From Zoogloea sp. (GTDB taxonomy: Bacteria; Pseudomonadota; Gammaproteobacteria; Burkholderiales; Rhodocyclaceae), in contig NZ_JAYRMI010000003.1 in the NCBI RefSeq assembly GCF_041904905.1, positions 42,370 through 106,369 on the forward strand: a DNA stretch of 64,000 nt, in the 5' to 3' direction. Made by a program: the position numbers and the translations under genes. Within the stretch, counting starts at the first letter, position 1. Each line of letters starts with the position of its first letter. Below the pieces are notes generated by a model. It saw only the letters and a list, made by a program, of their open reading frames with translations, was not told the origin of the DNA and did no database searches. Positions 47,767-56,867 of this stretch are shown here, in pieces.

Positions 47767-49599
47767 GTGAAAAACCCCGCCCCCACTCTGCACCTGCCGA
47801 CCGAGGACGCCATCCGGCGCTCCTGGGAGCGCTGTACCGCCAGCGGCCTGCGCAACGACGCCCCGCTCCCCGACATCGGCATGACCCGCGCCGCCCTCAC
47901 CGAGCGGCTCGAAGGCAACGCCCGCCTGATCGCCTACGCCCAGCCGATCATGGAACATCTGCACCAGCAGATCGCCCGCTCGTCCTCCACCATTCTGCTC
48001 GCCGACGACGCCGGCACCATCCTGCGCGCGGTGGGCGACGCCGACTTCGCCGAGCGCGCCGCCCAGGTGGCGCTGCAGCCCGGCATCTCGTGGGCCGAGG
48101 GGGCGATGGGCACCAACGCCATCGGCACCGCGCTGGCCGAGCAACGCTCGGTGGCGGTGGTGGGCACCGACCACTTCCTCGAACGCAACCGCTTCCTCAC
48201 CTGCATCGCCACCCCGATCCACGCCCCGGCGGGCGGCGTGCTGGGCATCCTCGACATCTCCACCTCCGTCCAGCTCAGTCAGATCCACGCCCAGGCGCTG
48301 CTCCAGACCACCGCCGAGATCATCGAGAACCGCCTCATCGAGAGCATCGCCGAAGCCGCGGTGACGATCCGCTTCCACCCCCACGCCGAGGCCCTCGCCT
48401 CGCCCCTCGAAGGGCTGGCGGTGTTCGACGAAGCCGGCCAGATGCTCGCCTGCAACCGTCGCGGCGAGCGCCTGCTGGGCATCGGCGACAGCCGCAAGGA
48501 GCGCCCGGCCTTCGCGCGGCTGTTCGAAACCCGCTGGGGCACCGTGCTGGATCACGCCCTGTCGAGCAGCCTGCGCCCCACCCTGCTGTGCGCCCACGGC
48601 GGCCGCGAGTTCGCCGCCCGCGTGCAGGCCGGCCGCCTCCAGGCCCTGCGCCCGGCCCCCGCCGCCACCGCCACCGCCCGCCCCGCGCAGACCCTCGAAG
48701 ACCTCGATCTGGGCGACCCCACCGTGACCTCCGCGGTACGCCGCGCCCGGCGCATCGTCGGCCTCGACATCCCGCTGCTCATCCAGGGCGAAACCGGCAC
48801 CGGCAAGGAAGTCTTCGCCCAGGCCTTCCACCACAGCAGCCCGCGCCGCGAAGGCCCCTTCGTGGCCATCAACTGCGCGGCCATCCCCGCCAACCTGATC
48901 GAGGCCGAACTCTTCGGCTACCGGGCCGGCGCCTACACCGGCGCCCGGGGCGAAGGCGCCCGCGGCAAGCTGCGCGAGGCCCATGGCGGCACCCTGTTCC
49001 TCGACGAAATCGGCGACATGCCCCTGCGCCTGCAGGCCGTGCTGCTGCGGGTGCTCGAGACCCGGCGGGTCGCCCCCCTGGGCGGCGGCCCGGAGGAGGC
49101 CATCGACCTGGCCCTGGTGTGCGCCAGCCACCGCCCCCTCAAAACCCTGTGCGAGACCGGCGAGTTTCGCCCCGACCTGTACTTCCGCCTGTCGGCCATG
49201 AGCCTCGCCCTGCCAGCCCTGCGCGAGCGCACCGACATCGAGGCCCTGGCCCGCCGCATCCTGCGCGACGAATCCCCCAACCGCCCGCTGCGCCTGGCGG
49301 CCGCCACACTCGACGTCATCCGCCGCCACCCCTGGCCGGGCAACATCCGCGAGCTGAAAAACGTGCTGCGCCTGGCCACCGCCATGCTCGGGCCGGACGA
49401 GGCCACGATCACCCCGGCGCACCTCCCCCACGACCTCACCGACAGCCGGGAAGCCCGCCCCACCACCCACAGCCTGCGGGCCGCCGAAACCCGGCTGGTG
49501 GAAGAGACCGTGGTCCGCCACGCCGGCAACATCTCCGCCGCCGCCCGGGAGCTGGGCATCACCCGCACCACCCTCTACCGCAAGCTGCGACGCACCTGA
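47767..49599 (+). CDS. AcoR-like sigma54-dependent activator, copy 2 (GAYTGA variant)
   Basis: SWERC, GTNAIGTAL, GETGTGKE, EAELFGYRAGAYTGA, LFLDEIG, FRPDLYFRL, WPGNIREL, ITRTTLYRKL. Start uncertain (47722 or 47767). Confidence 0.92.
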   Translation: MKNPAPTLHLPTEDAIRRSWERCTASGLRNDAPLPDIGMTRAALTERLEGNARLIAYAQPIMEHLHQQIARSSSTILLADDAGTILRAVGDADFAERAAQVALQPGISWAEGAMGTNAIGTALAEQRSVAVVGTDHFLERNRFLTCIATPIHAPAGGVLGILDISTSVQLSQIHAQALLQTTAEIIENRLIESIAEAAVTIRFHPHAEALASPLEGLAVFDEAGQMLACNRRGERLLGIGDSRKERPAFARLFETRWGTVLDHALSSSLRPTLLCAHGGREFAARVQAGRLQALRPAPAATATARPAQTLEDLDLGDPTVTSAVRRARRIVGLDIPLLIQGETGTGKEVFAQAFHHSSPRREGPFVAINCAAIPANLIEAELFGYRAGAYTGARGEGARGKLREAHGGTLFLDEIGDMPLRLQAVLLRVLETRRVAPLGGGPEEAIDLALVCASHRPLKTLCETGEFRPDLYFRLSAMSLALPALRERTDIEALARRILRDESPNRPLRLAAATLDVIRRHPWPGNIRELKNVLRLATAMLGPDEATITPAHLPHDLTDSREARPTTHSLRAAETRLVEETVVRHAGNISAAARELGITRTTLYRKLRRT

Positions 49600-49671
49600 G
49601 CGCGGGCGAACGCTGACGCCCCGCGGCGGGCCGTGGGATACTCGCGGCTGTCGTCCCAGCCGCATCCCGCC

Positions 49672-50061
49672 ATGTCCCGACTCCGCCCCCTGCCGGCGGC
49701 CGCCCTCGCCGCCGCCCTCCTCCTCGCCGGCTGCGAGGAGCCGCCCTCGCCCCTCGTGCCGGCGCTGCGCCAGCAGTTCCAGCCCGGCCACCCCCTCGCC
49801 GACGCCCTCCGGGATCTGAAAGCCCGCAACACCCGCTTCTCGGTGCACAGCCGCAGCGAATGCGAGACCCTCTCCCGCGCCAACACCATGCACTCGCGCC
49901 TGCGCCCCGCCGGCGGCCCCTGCGTGTTCGGCAAGATCCCCGTCTCGACGAACTGGCTCGGCGGCCACACCGACGTGATCCTCCAGCTCGTCTTCGACGC
50001 CGACGACAAGCTGGCGGACGGCGACTTCGAAGAGATCCGCGTCCCCTTCGGCTGGCTATAA
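49672..50061 (+). CDS. Hypothetical lipoprotein
   Basis: Lipobox LLAG-C; two further Cys; host-like codon usage. Confidence 0.7.
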   Translation: MSRLRPLPAAALAAALLLAGCEEPPSPLVPALRQQFQPGHPLADALRDLKARNTRFSVHSRSECETLSRANTMHSRLRPAGGPCVFGKIPVSTNWLGGHTDVILQLVFDADDKLADGDFEEIRVPFGWL

Positions 50062-50088
50062 GCCGCCCCCGTCCGCAAAGGCCCCACG

Positions 50089-50589
50089 ATGACACCCCGA
50101 GGCACCCTCCGCCCCCGGCTCGCAGCGGCGCTGCTGGCCCTGATTGCCCCCCTGGCCGCCACGGCCGCAACGCTGGAGGCCGGCGCCCCGCTGCCGCCCC
50201 TCGCCCTCGAAGACCAGCACGGCAAGGCGGTCACCCTTGGCGCCGGCACACGGCTGGTGATCTTCGCCGCCGACAAGGCCGCCAGCGACCTCATCAACGA
50301 AGTGCTGGCCGCCCAGCCCGACGGCGTGCTCACGCGCCTGGGCGCGGTCTACCTGGCCGACATCAGCGGCATGCCGGCCCTGGTCACCCGGATGTTCGCC
50401 CTGCCCACCCTGCGCGCCATGCCCTTCGCCGTGGGGCTCGGGCGGGACGCCGCCCAGCTGGCCGACCTGCCCCGCCGGAAGGGCGCGGCCACCCTCCTGC
50501 GGATCGACGCCGGACGCATCGCCGGGGTCGACCACGCCACCAGCCCGGAGCGGCTGCGTCAGGCGCTGGGGCTCGGCTCGCCACCCTGA
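50089..50589 (+). CDS. Exported protein with a probable cysteine-free thioredoxin-like fold
   Basis: Signal peptide; GAPLPPLALEDQHG resembles the AhpC/TSA N-terminus; no Cys in the mature part. Confidence 0.65.
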   Translation: MTPRGTLRPRLAAALLALIAPLAATAATLEAGAPLPPLALEDQHGKAVTLGAGTRLVIFAADKAASDLINEVLAAQPDGVLTRLGAVYLADISGMPALVTRMFALPTLRAMPFAVGLGRDAAQLADLPRRKGAATLLRIDAGRIAGVDHATSPERLRQALGLGSPP

Positions 50590-50616
50590 GCCCCCAGCCC
50601 CCCAGGCCGGCCCGAT

Positions 50617-50634
50617 TGTTCAACCGGCTGAACA
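50617..50634. promoter_or_regulatory. Palindrome TGTTCA-N6-TGAACA upstream of the DMT gene
   Basis: Perfect 6-6-6 inverted repeat containing T-N11-A (LysR-like), about 107 bp before the start. Confidence 0.35.
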
Positions 50635-50740
50635 CTGAAAACCGCCGCGGCGTCTTCCCCCCTTGCCGCGGGCTTCTTACACTCTGCCCCCACGTGCCCG
50701 GCCTCCGCCGGGCCACCCGTCGTCCACCCCAGGGAGCCCC

Positions 50741-51679
50741 ATGCAACTCACGCCACGCCTCGTCCTGATGCTCGCCACCCCGCCCGCCATGTGGGCCATC
50801 AACGCGGTGGTCGGCCGCCTGGCCATCGGCAGCATCGACCCCCTGTGGCTCAACGCCCTGCGCTGGGTGGTGGCGTTCGCGCTGCTGCTGCCCCTGGGTT
50901 GGGCCGCCATCGGCACCCCCGCGGCGCGGGCGCAGATCGTCGAACGCTGGCGCTACCTGCTGGTGCTGGGGGTGATCGGGGTGGGCGCCTACAACGCCCT
51001 GCAATACGTGGCCCTGCGCACCAGCACGCCCCTCAACGTCACCCTGATCGCCTCCAGCTCGCCGGTGTGGGCGATGGTGGTGGGCGCGGTGGGCTACAAG
51101 GTGCGCCCCACCCGGCTGCAGCTTGTCGGGGCCCTGCTGTCCCTGGCCGGGGTGGCGCTGGTCATGTCCCGGGGCAACCCGGCGGCGCTGGCCGACATCC
51201 ACTTCGTGCAGGGCGACCTGCTGATGGTGGTGGCGATCGTCGGCTGGTCGCTCTACAGCTGGATGCTCGCCCGGCCGCCCGCCCACATGCAGGGCGCGGC
51301 GCGGCCCGACTGGAACTGGGCACAGTTTCTGGTGGCCCAGGCGATCTTCGGGGTGAGCGGCGCGGTGGCCACGGCGGTGGTGGGCGGCATGATCGCCCCC
51401 GCGGCACCCACTCAGTGGTCGTGGCAGCTGGTGGCGATCATCCTGTTCGTGGCCATCGGCCCGTCGATCATCGCCTACCGCCTGTGGGGCCTGGCGGTGG
51501 CCGAGGCCGGGCCGGCCATGGCGTCGATCTTCTACAACCTCACGCCGCTCTTTGCGGCGCTGCTGTCGGCCGCGGTGATCGGCGAAGGCCCGCAGCCCTT
51601 CCACGGCGTCGCCTTCGGGCTGATCGTGGCGGGCATCGCGGTATCGTCCCGGTCCACGGCGGCGCGGGCCGGCAAGTAG
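50741..51679 (+). CDS. DMT / EamA-family transporter
   Basis: About ten TM helices in two repeats; MWAIN, LRW, YNALQY and FYNLTPLFA motifs. Confidence 0.92.
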   Translation: MQLTPRLVLMLATPPAMWAINAVVGRLAIGSIDPLWLNALRWVVAFALLLPLGWAAIGTPAARAQIVERWRYLLVLGVIGVGAYNALQYVALRTSTPLNVTLIASSSPVWAMVVGAVGYKVRPTRLQLVGALLSLAGVALVMSRGNPAALADIHFVQGDLLMVVAIVGWSLYSWMLARPPAHMQGAARPDWNWAQFLVAQAIFGVSGAVATAVVGGMIAPAAPTQWSWQLVAIILFVAIGPSIIAYRLWGLAVAEAGPAMASIFYNLTPLFAALLSAAVIGEGPQPFHGVAFGLIVAGIAVSSRSTAARAGK

Positions 51680-51699
51680 GCCACCGCCCCCCGGAAACG

Positions 51700-51733
51700 A
51701 AAAGACCCCGGCGGGGGGACGTCCGGGGTCTTT
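51700..51733. terminator. Bidirectional terminator
   Basis: AAAGACCCCGG...CCGGGGTCTTT between convergent genes. Confidence 0.7.
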
Positions 51734-51757
51734 CCGTTGCGATGGCCTGCCGGCGGC

Positions 51758-52138
51758 TTACTTGGGCGCCAGGGTCAGGATCCACTTCACCAGCTTCTTG
51801 GCGTCGGTCTCCTTGATGGCCACCTTGTTGGGGGGCATCGCGAGGCCGCTGGTCTTGTCCTTCCAGTGGCTGCCGTAGGGGTTGGAGCCTTCCAGCACCA
51901 CGCGGGTCAGGAACTCGTCGGCACCCGGCTTGCCCTTGTACATCTTGGCCACGTCCTGCCAGGCCGGGCCGATGGGGGCCATGCCGTTGGGGCCGGGGGC
52001 GCCCGCCTCGATGGAGTGGCAGGTCAGGCAGCCGCTCTTCACGGCGAGGGCCTTCATGTCATCGTCGGGGCCGGCAACGGCGGCGGTGGCGACCAGCGCC
52101 AGCAGCGCCGGAACGACCTTCTTGGGTAAGGCAAACAT
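51758..52138 (-). CDS. Class I c-type cytochrome
   Basis: Signal peptide; GCLTCH; IGPAWQDVA; LAMPPN axial Met. Confidence 0.92.
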   Translation of the reverse strand: MFALPKKVVPALLALVATAAVAGPDDDMKALAVKSGCLTCHSIEAGAPGPNGMAPIGPAWQDVAKMYKGKPGADEFLTRVVLEGSNPYGSHWKDKTSGLAMPPNKVAIKETDAKKLVKWILTLAPK

Positions 52139-52177
52139 GTTTCTTCTCCTTGGCTAAAAATTGGATAACGGCCTGGC

Positions 52178-52822
52178 TCAGGTGGGCTGGACCGACCAGT
52201 CGGTCAGCCCGTGGCGCACCGCCAGGTGCATCAGCTTGAAATCGTTGTCCACGCCCAGCTTCTGCCGGATCGAGGACATGTGGTTGTGAATCGTCTTCTG
52301 GCTCAGGTGCATCCGGCTGGCGATGGCGCCGGGCGACTCGCCGCTGGCCGCCATCCGCAACACGTCGAACTCCCGCGGGGTGAGGCACGCCAGCGGGGCG
52401 TCGCCGTCCAGCACCGACCCGGCCAGCGCCTGGGCCACGTCGGCCGACAGCACCCGCCGCCCCACGGCCACCTTGCGGATCGCGTCCAGCACCTCCACCG
52501 GCTCGCTGTTCTTGGTGAGGTAACCCAGCGCCCCCACCCGCATCGCCTGGACGACGAAACTCGGGTTGTCGTGCATCGACACCACCAGCACCCGCAAGGC
52601 CGGCTCCCGCGCAAGCATGCGCCGGATCGCCTCGATGCCGCTACTGCCGCGCAGGCTGATATCCACCATCGCCAGATCGATGCCGCCGCCGCACAGCCGG
52701 GCATAGGCCTCGTCGGCGGAGGCGGCCTCGGCCACCACCTGCATGCCCTCCTCGGCGTCGAGCAGGCGCCGGTAGCCGTTGCGGACCACCGCGTGATCGT
52801 CCACCAGCAGGATGCGGATCAT
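52178..52822 (-). CDS. exaE: NarL/LuxR-family response regulator (ExaE-like)
   Basis: ILLVDDHAVVR, MVDISL, GYLTK, LTPREFDV...KTIHNH; adjacent to exaA. Confidence 0.8.
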   Translation of the reverse strand: MIRILLVDDHAVVRNGYRRLLDAEEGMQVVAEAASADEAYARLCGGGIDLAMVDISLRGSSGIEAIRRMLAREPALRVLVVSMHDNPSFVVQAMRVGALGYLTKNSEPVEVLDAIRKVAVGRRVLSADVAQALAGSVLDGDAPLACLTPREFDVLRMAASGESPGAIASRMHLSQKTIHNHMSSIRQKLGVDNDFKLMHLAVRHGLTDWSVQPT

Positions 52823-52835
52823 GGCGGCCTCCGTC

Positions 52836-54119
52836 TCAGGCCAGGGGCAGGCACAGGCGCACCTGCAGGCCGCCGCCGGGGGCTTCGTCGAAGCAGCACG
52901 AGCCGCCCGCCATCTCGGCCCGCTCGCGCATGCCCAGCAGCCCGCCGCGGGATCGCCGGACGATGTCCTGGGCCTGGCCCACGCCGTTGTCGCACACCGT
53001 CAGCTCCACCGCCTTGCCCACCTGCCGCAGGGTCAGCCGCACCCGGCTGGCCACGCTGTGGCGCAGCACGTTGGTCAGCGCCTCCTGCACCGTGCGGTAG
53101 AGGGCCAGCCCGGCCGCCGGCGGCAGGGCCGGCAGCGACTTGGGAAACGCCGCCTCGATCCCGATCTGGGGCGCCCGGCCCCGCCAGCCCGAGACCAGAT
53201 CGTTCAGGGCGTCCATCATCTGCAGCCCCTCCAGGCCGTGGGGGCGCAGCTGGGAGAGCAGGTTGCGCACCTGACCGATCATGCGGGTGGATTCGCTGCG
53301 GATGTCGCGGGCGCTCTGGGCCAGATCGTCGGGCGAGGCCCGCCCGGCGTGACGTTCGATGTAGGCGGCGGAGACGCTCACCGCGGTGAGGGCCTGACCG
53401 AACTCGTCGTGAAGCTCCCGGGCCAGCTCGCGACGCTCGCTCTCCTGCAGGTCGAGGAGCCGGCGAGCAAGCTGCCGACGGGCCTGACGAGTCTCGGCAA
53501 GCTCCTCGGACATGCGCTCGATGGCGCTGGCGATGCTGGCAAACTCCTTCAGGCGGAAGGCCGGCAGGCTCACCCGCCCCTCTTCCCGCCCGACCTTCGC
53601 CAGACCCTCCTCCAGCTCGCGCACCGGCTTGAGCGCCCGGTGGGCGGCCAGCCAGGCCACCGCCGCCATCGCCAGCGAGAACACCACCAGCGTCGCCATG
53701 ATGCGGGCACCGTCGCGCAGCACCTCGTGGATCTCGGCCCGCGCATCGGCCCGGATCACCAGCGTACCGTCGCCCAGCGGAATGCGCCGCTCATGGATTT
53801 CGCGCCCGTCCAGCAGATGATCCACCAGCGCGTCCAGCACGCCGCGGCGGGCCGGCGCCGGCGCCTGCTCCAAATTTGAGCGCTCCACATGGAGCGACAC
53901 GTGCCGTAACTGACCACCCGCGAGCAGCGCCTCCAGCTCGCCGACCCGGGATTCCGGCGCGGCGCTCACCGCCAGCATGGTGTTCACCAGACGTGTCGAG
54001 GCCGCCATCTCCTCGGCCACATCCTCACGCAGCGCCAGCCCGACCCACGCCGCCGCCGCCAGCAGCAGCGCAAGCGCAAACCCGAGCACATAGCCGAACA
54101 GTCGCCAGCGCAAGTCCAT
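52836..54119 (-). CDS. exaD: Membrane sensor histidine kinase, HisKA_3 type (ExaD-like)
   Basis: Two TM helices plus HAMP; ERRELARELHDEFGQALT; VQEALTNVLRH; CDNGVG; GLLGMRERA. Confidence 0.8.
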   Translation of the reverse strand: MDLRWRLFGYVLGFALALLLAAAAWVGLALREDVAEEMAASTRLVNTMLAVSAAPESRVGELEALLAGGQLRHVSLHVERSNLEQAPAPARRGVLDALVDHLLDGREIHERRIPLGDGTLVIRADARAEIHEVLRDGARIMATLVVFSLAMAAVAWLAAHRALKPVRELEEGLAKVGREEGRVSLPAFRLKEFASIASAIERMSEELAETRQARRQLARRLLDLQESERRELARELHDEFGQALTAVSVSAAYIERHAGRASPDDLAQSARDIRSESTRMIGQVRNLLSQLRPHGLEGLQMMDALNDLVSGWRGRAPQIGIEAAFPKSLPALPPAAGLALYRTVQEALTNVLRHSVASRVRLTLRQVGKAVELTVCDNGVGQAQDIVRRSRGGLLGMRERAEMAGGSCCFDEAPGGGLQVRLCLPLA

Positions 54120-54157
54120 CGGTGTCCCCCGTCATATATTCCTTTGGGAGTAACCAG

Positions 54158-54173
54158 AGCAAGGCATGTGCCA
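54158..54173 (-). promoter_or_regulatory. Sigma54 promoter of the kinase-regulator-cytochrome operon
   Basis: Minus strand TGGCACATGCCTTGCT, with correct -24/-12 spacing, 39 bp upstream of the kinase ATG. Confidence 0.88.
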
Positions 54174-54325
54174 ACCTGCCCCGCCGACCGGGAAGAGTTC
54201 CCCGAGCGCCGGGGAGGCGTTCCCACGACAGCCTCCCCGCCGCGCTCCGATACTGCTGGCGCAGCGGGCCCTTCGATCGGCAGGCCCGCGGCCCATGACA
54301 ACGATCTCGGAGACAAGGAGTCACC

Positions 54326-56197
54326 ATGAAGCTCACCAGGCACGTCCACCTCAAACCCGCCCTCCTGGCCCTCGCCCTGTCGGCCCTCTTTGGCGGCGGC
54401 GCCCACGCGGCCGGCACCCGGGTCACCTGGGACGACATCCGCAACGATGACAAGACCCCCGGCGACGTGCTCACCTACGGCCTTGGCCTCAAGGCCCAGC
54501 GCCACAGCCCCCTCAAGACCCTCACCCCGAAGAACGTCGGCGGCCTGGTGCCTGCCTGGAGCTTCTCCTTCGGCGGCGAGAAGCAGCGCGGCCAGGAAGC
54601 CCAGGCCCTGGTCCACGACGGGGTGATCTACGTCACCGCCTCGTACTCGCGCATCTACGCCATCGACGCCCGCACCGGCAAGCGCCTGTGGGAATACGAA
54701 GCCCGGCTGCCCGAAGACATCCGCCCCTGCTGCGACGTCATCAACCGCGGCGCCGCCATCTACGGCGACAAGGTGTTCTTCGGCACCCTCGACGCCGGCA
54801 TCGTGGCCCTCAACAAGGACACCGGCAAGGTGGTCTGGAAGAAGAAGTGGGGCGACCACAAGGTGGGCTACACCATGACCGGCGCGCCCTTCGTGATCCA
54901 GGATCAGCAATCCGGCAAGGTGCTGCTGGTGCACGGATCCTCCGGCGACGAGTTCGGCGTGGTGGGCTGGCTGTTCGCCCGCGATACGGAGACCGGCGAG
55001 GAGGTCTGGGCCCGCCCGATGGTGGAAGGCCACATGGGCCGTCTCAACGGCAAGGACAGCACCCCCACCGGCGACCCGAGCGCCCCCACCTGGCCCAAGG
55101 ACAAGGACGGCAAACCCACCGAAGCCTGGCACCACGGCGGCGGCGCCCCCTGGCAGACCGCCAGCTTCGACATCGAGAAGAACATGGTCGTGATCGGCAC
55201 CGGCAACCCGGCCCCGTGGAACACCTGGAAGCGTACTCAGGAAGGCGACGACCCGCGCAACTGGCCCAGCCTGTTCACCTCCGGTCAGGCCTATGTGGAT
55301 GCCAGCACCGGCGAGCTGAAGGGCTTCTTCCAGCACACCCCCAACGACGCCTGGGACTTCTCCGGCAACAACTCGGTGGTGCTCTTCGAGTACAAGGACC
55401 CGAAGACCGGCAAGCTGGTGAAGGCCTCCGCCCACGCCGACCGCAACGGCTTCTTCTTCGTCACCGACCGGGAGAAGCTCGCCACCGGCGCCGGCTACCC
55501 CAACAAGCCCACCTCGCTCATCGGTGCCTGGCCGTTCGTGGACGGGATCACCTGGGCCAAGGGCTGGGACGTCGCCACCGGCAAGCCCATCGAGACGGGC
55601 AACCGCCCGCCTGAACCCAAGGCCGGCGCCGAGAAGGGCGACAGCGTGTTCGTCTCGCCCCCCTTCCTGGGCGGCACCAACTGGATGCCCATGTCGTACA
55701 GCCCGGACACCGGCCTGTTCTATATCCCCGCCAACCACTGGGCGATGGACTATTGGACCGAGCACCTCACCTACAAACCGGGCTCCGCCTACCTGGGCCA
55801 GGGTTTCCGCATCAAGCGCCTGTTCGACGACCACGTGGGCACCCTGCGCGCCATCGACCCCAAGACCGGCAAGATCGCCTGGGAGCACAAGGAGAAGTTC
55901 CCCCTGTGGGCGGGCACCCTCACCACCGCCGGCGGGCTGCTGTTCACCGGCACCTCCGACGGCTACGTGAAAGCTTTCGACGCCAGGACCGGCAAGGAAC
56001 TGTGGAAATTCCAGACCGGCTCGGGGGTCGTCTCGGTGCCCATCACCTGGGAGATGGACGGCGAGCAGTACGTGGGGCTCGCCTCCGGCTACGGCGGCGC
56101 CGTGCCCCTGTGGGGCGGCGACATGGCCGACCTGACCAAGCAAGTCACCCAGGGCTCCTCGTTCTGGGCCTTCAAGCTGCCCAAGCCGGCCCGCTGA
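54326..56197 (+). CDS. exaA: Type I PQQ-dependent alcohol dehydrogenase, Ca2+-type (ExaA/PedE)
   Basis: Signal peptide; vicinal PCCDVINRG; GSSGDEFG; TPNDAWDFSGNN; FLGGTNW; FQTGSG. Confidence 0.96.
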   Translation: MKLTRHVHLKPALLALALSALFGGGAHAAGTRVTWDDIRNDDKTPGDVLTYGLGLKAQRHSPLKTLTPKNVGGLVPAWSFSFGGEKQRGQEAQALVHDGVIYVTASYSRIYAIDARTGKRLWEYEARLPEDIRPCCDVINRGAAIYGDKVFFGTLDAGIVALNKDTGKVVWKKKWGDHKVGYTMTGAPFVIQDQQSGKVLLVHGSSGDEFGVVGWLFARDTETGEEVWARPMVEGHMGRLNGKDSTPTGDPSAPTWPKDKDGKPTEAWHHGGGAPWQTASFDIEKNMVVIGTGNPAPWNTWKRTQEGDDPRNWPSLFTSGQAYVDASTGELKGFFQHTPNDAWDFSGNNSVVLFEYKDPKTGKLVKASAHADRNGFFFVTDREKLATGAGYPNKPTSLIGAWPFVDGITWAKGWDVATGKPIETGNRPPEPKAGAEKGDSVFVSPPFLGGTNWMPMSYSPDTGLFYIPANHWAMDYWTEHLTYKPGSAYLGQGFRIKRLFDDHVGTLRAIDPKTGKIAWEHKEKFPLWAGTLTTAGGLLFTGTSDGYVKAFDARTGKELWKFQTGSGVVSVPITWEMDGEQYVGLASGYGGAVPLWGGDMADLTKQVTQGSSFWAFKLPKPAR

Positions 56198-56207
56198 CCC
56201 AGCTTCC

Positions 56208-56237
56208 CCGGGCGTCGCACACCGTACCGACGCCCGG
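56208..56237 (+). terminator. Intercistronic hairpin after exaA
   Basis: 10-bp stem CCGGGCGTCG / CGACGCCCGG with no U-tract; may stabilise the mRNA or cause partial termination. Confidence 0.45.
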
Positions 56238-56286
56238 CCATCGTCCAACCCGGCCGGGCACCGCCCCGGCCCCCCGGGAGACCGCC

Positions 56287-56862
56287 ATGCCCCTCACCCG
56301 CGGCACCCTGCTCGCTGCCGCCTTGCTCGCCACGCCGGCCCTGGGCGCCGGCAACCCGGCCGACCCCCTCGTCTTCGGCACCTGCGGCATGTGGCCGCAC
56401 GCCCGCTGCCAGGGCGCCGACCTGCGCCACAAGGATCTCTCCGGCCTCGATCTGGCCGGGGCCGACTTCACCGGCGCCCGGCTCGCCCGGGCCGACCTGC
56501 GGGCCGCCAATCTGGCCGGCGCCATCTTCGACGGCGCCGATCTCACCGGCGCCCGGCTCAGCAAGGCCAACGCCCCCGGCGCCTCCTTCCGCAACGCCCG
56601 GCTGGTGGGCGCCGACCTGGAGTTCGCCCGCCTGATGCGCGCCGACTTCAGCGGCGCCGATCTCACCGCCGCCAACCTCGAAGCCGCCAAGGCGCCCTTT
56701 GCCTGGTTCCAGGGTGCCCGCCTCACCGACGCCAACCTCCAGGAGACCAAGTTCAACGCCACCAACCTGCGGGGCGCCAACCTGGAAGGGGCCTTCCTGC
56801 GCTACACCATCTTCCCCGACTCCGCCTTCGAGGGCTGCACCGGCTGCCCCACCGACTGGTGA
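56287..56862 (+). CDS. pedD: Periplasmic pentapeptide-repeat protein (PedD-like)
   Basis: Signal peptide; many A(D/N)L(T/R)GA pentapeptides; terminal Cys pairs; follows the ADH as in ped/exa clusters. Confidence 0.85.
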   Translation: MPLTRGTLLAAALLATPALGAGNPADPLVFGTCGMWPHARCQGADLRHKDLSGLDLAGADFTGARLARADLRAANLAGAIFDGADLTGARLSKANAPGASFRNARLVGADLEFARLMRADFSGADLTAANLEAAKAPFAWFQGARLTDANLQETKFNATNLRGANLEGAFLRYTIFPDSAFEGCTGCPTDW

Positions 56863-56867
56863 CGACC

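Noticed and set aside
47155-49968. 937-aa ORF ending in a cytochrome c
   Set aside because: True gene starts at 47469 with an RBS and signal peptide; the upstream part is antisense to the second activator.
54326-56197. Lanthanide-dependent ADH (PedH/ExaF/XoxF)
   Set aside because: Active-site motif is D-F-S, lacking the extra Asp.
56400-56800. Periodic 15-bp DNA repeats suggesting a CRISPR or tandem array
   Set aside because: They are codons of protein pentapeptide repeats; no spacers and no cas genes.
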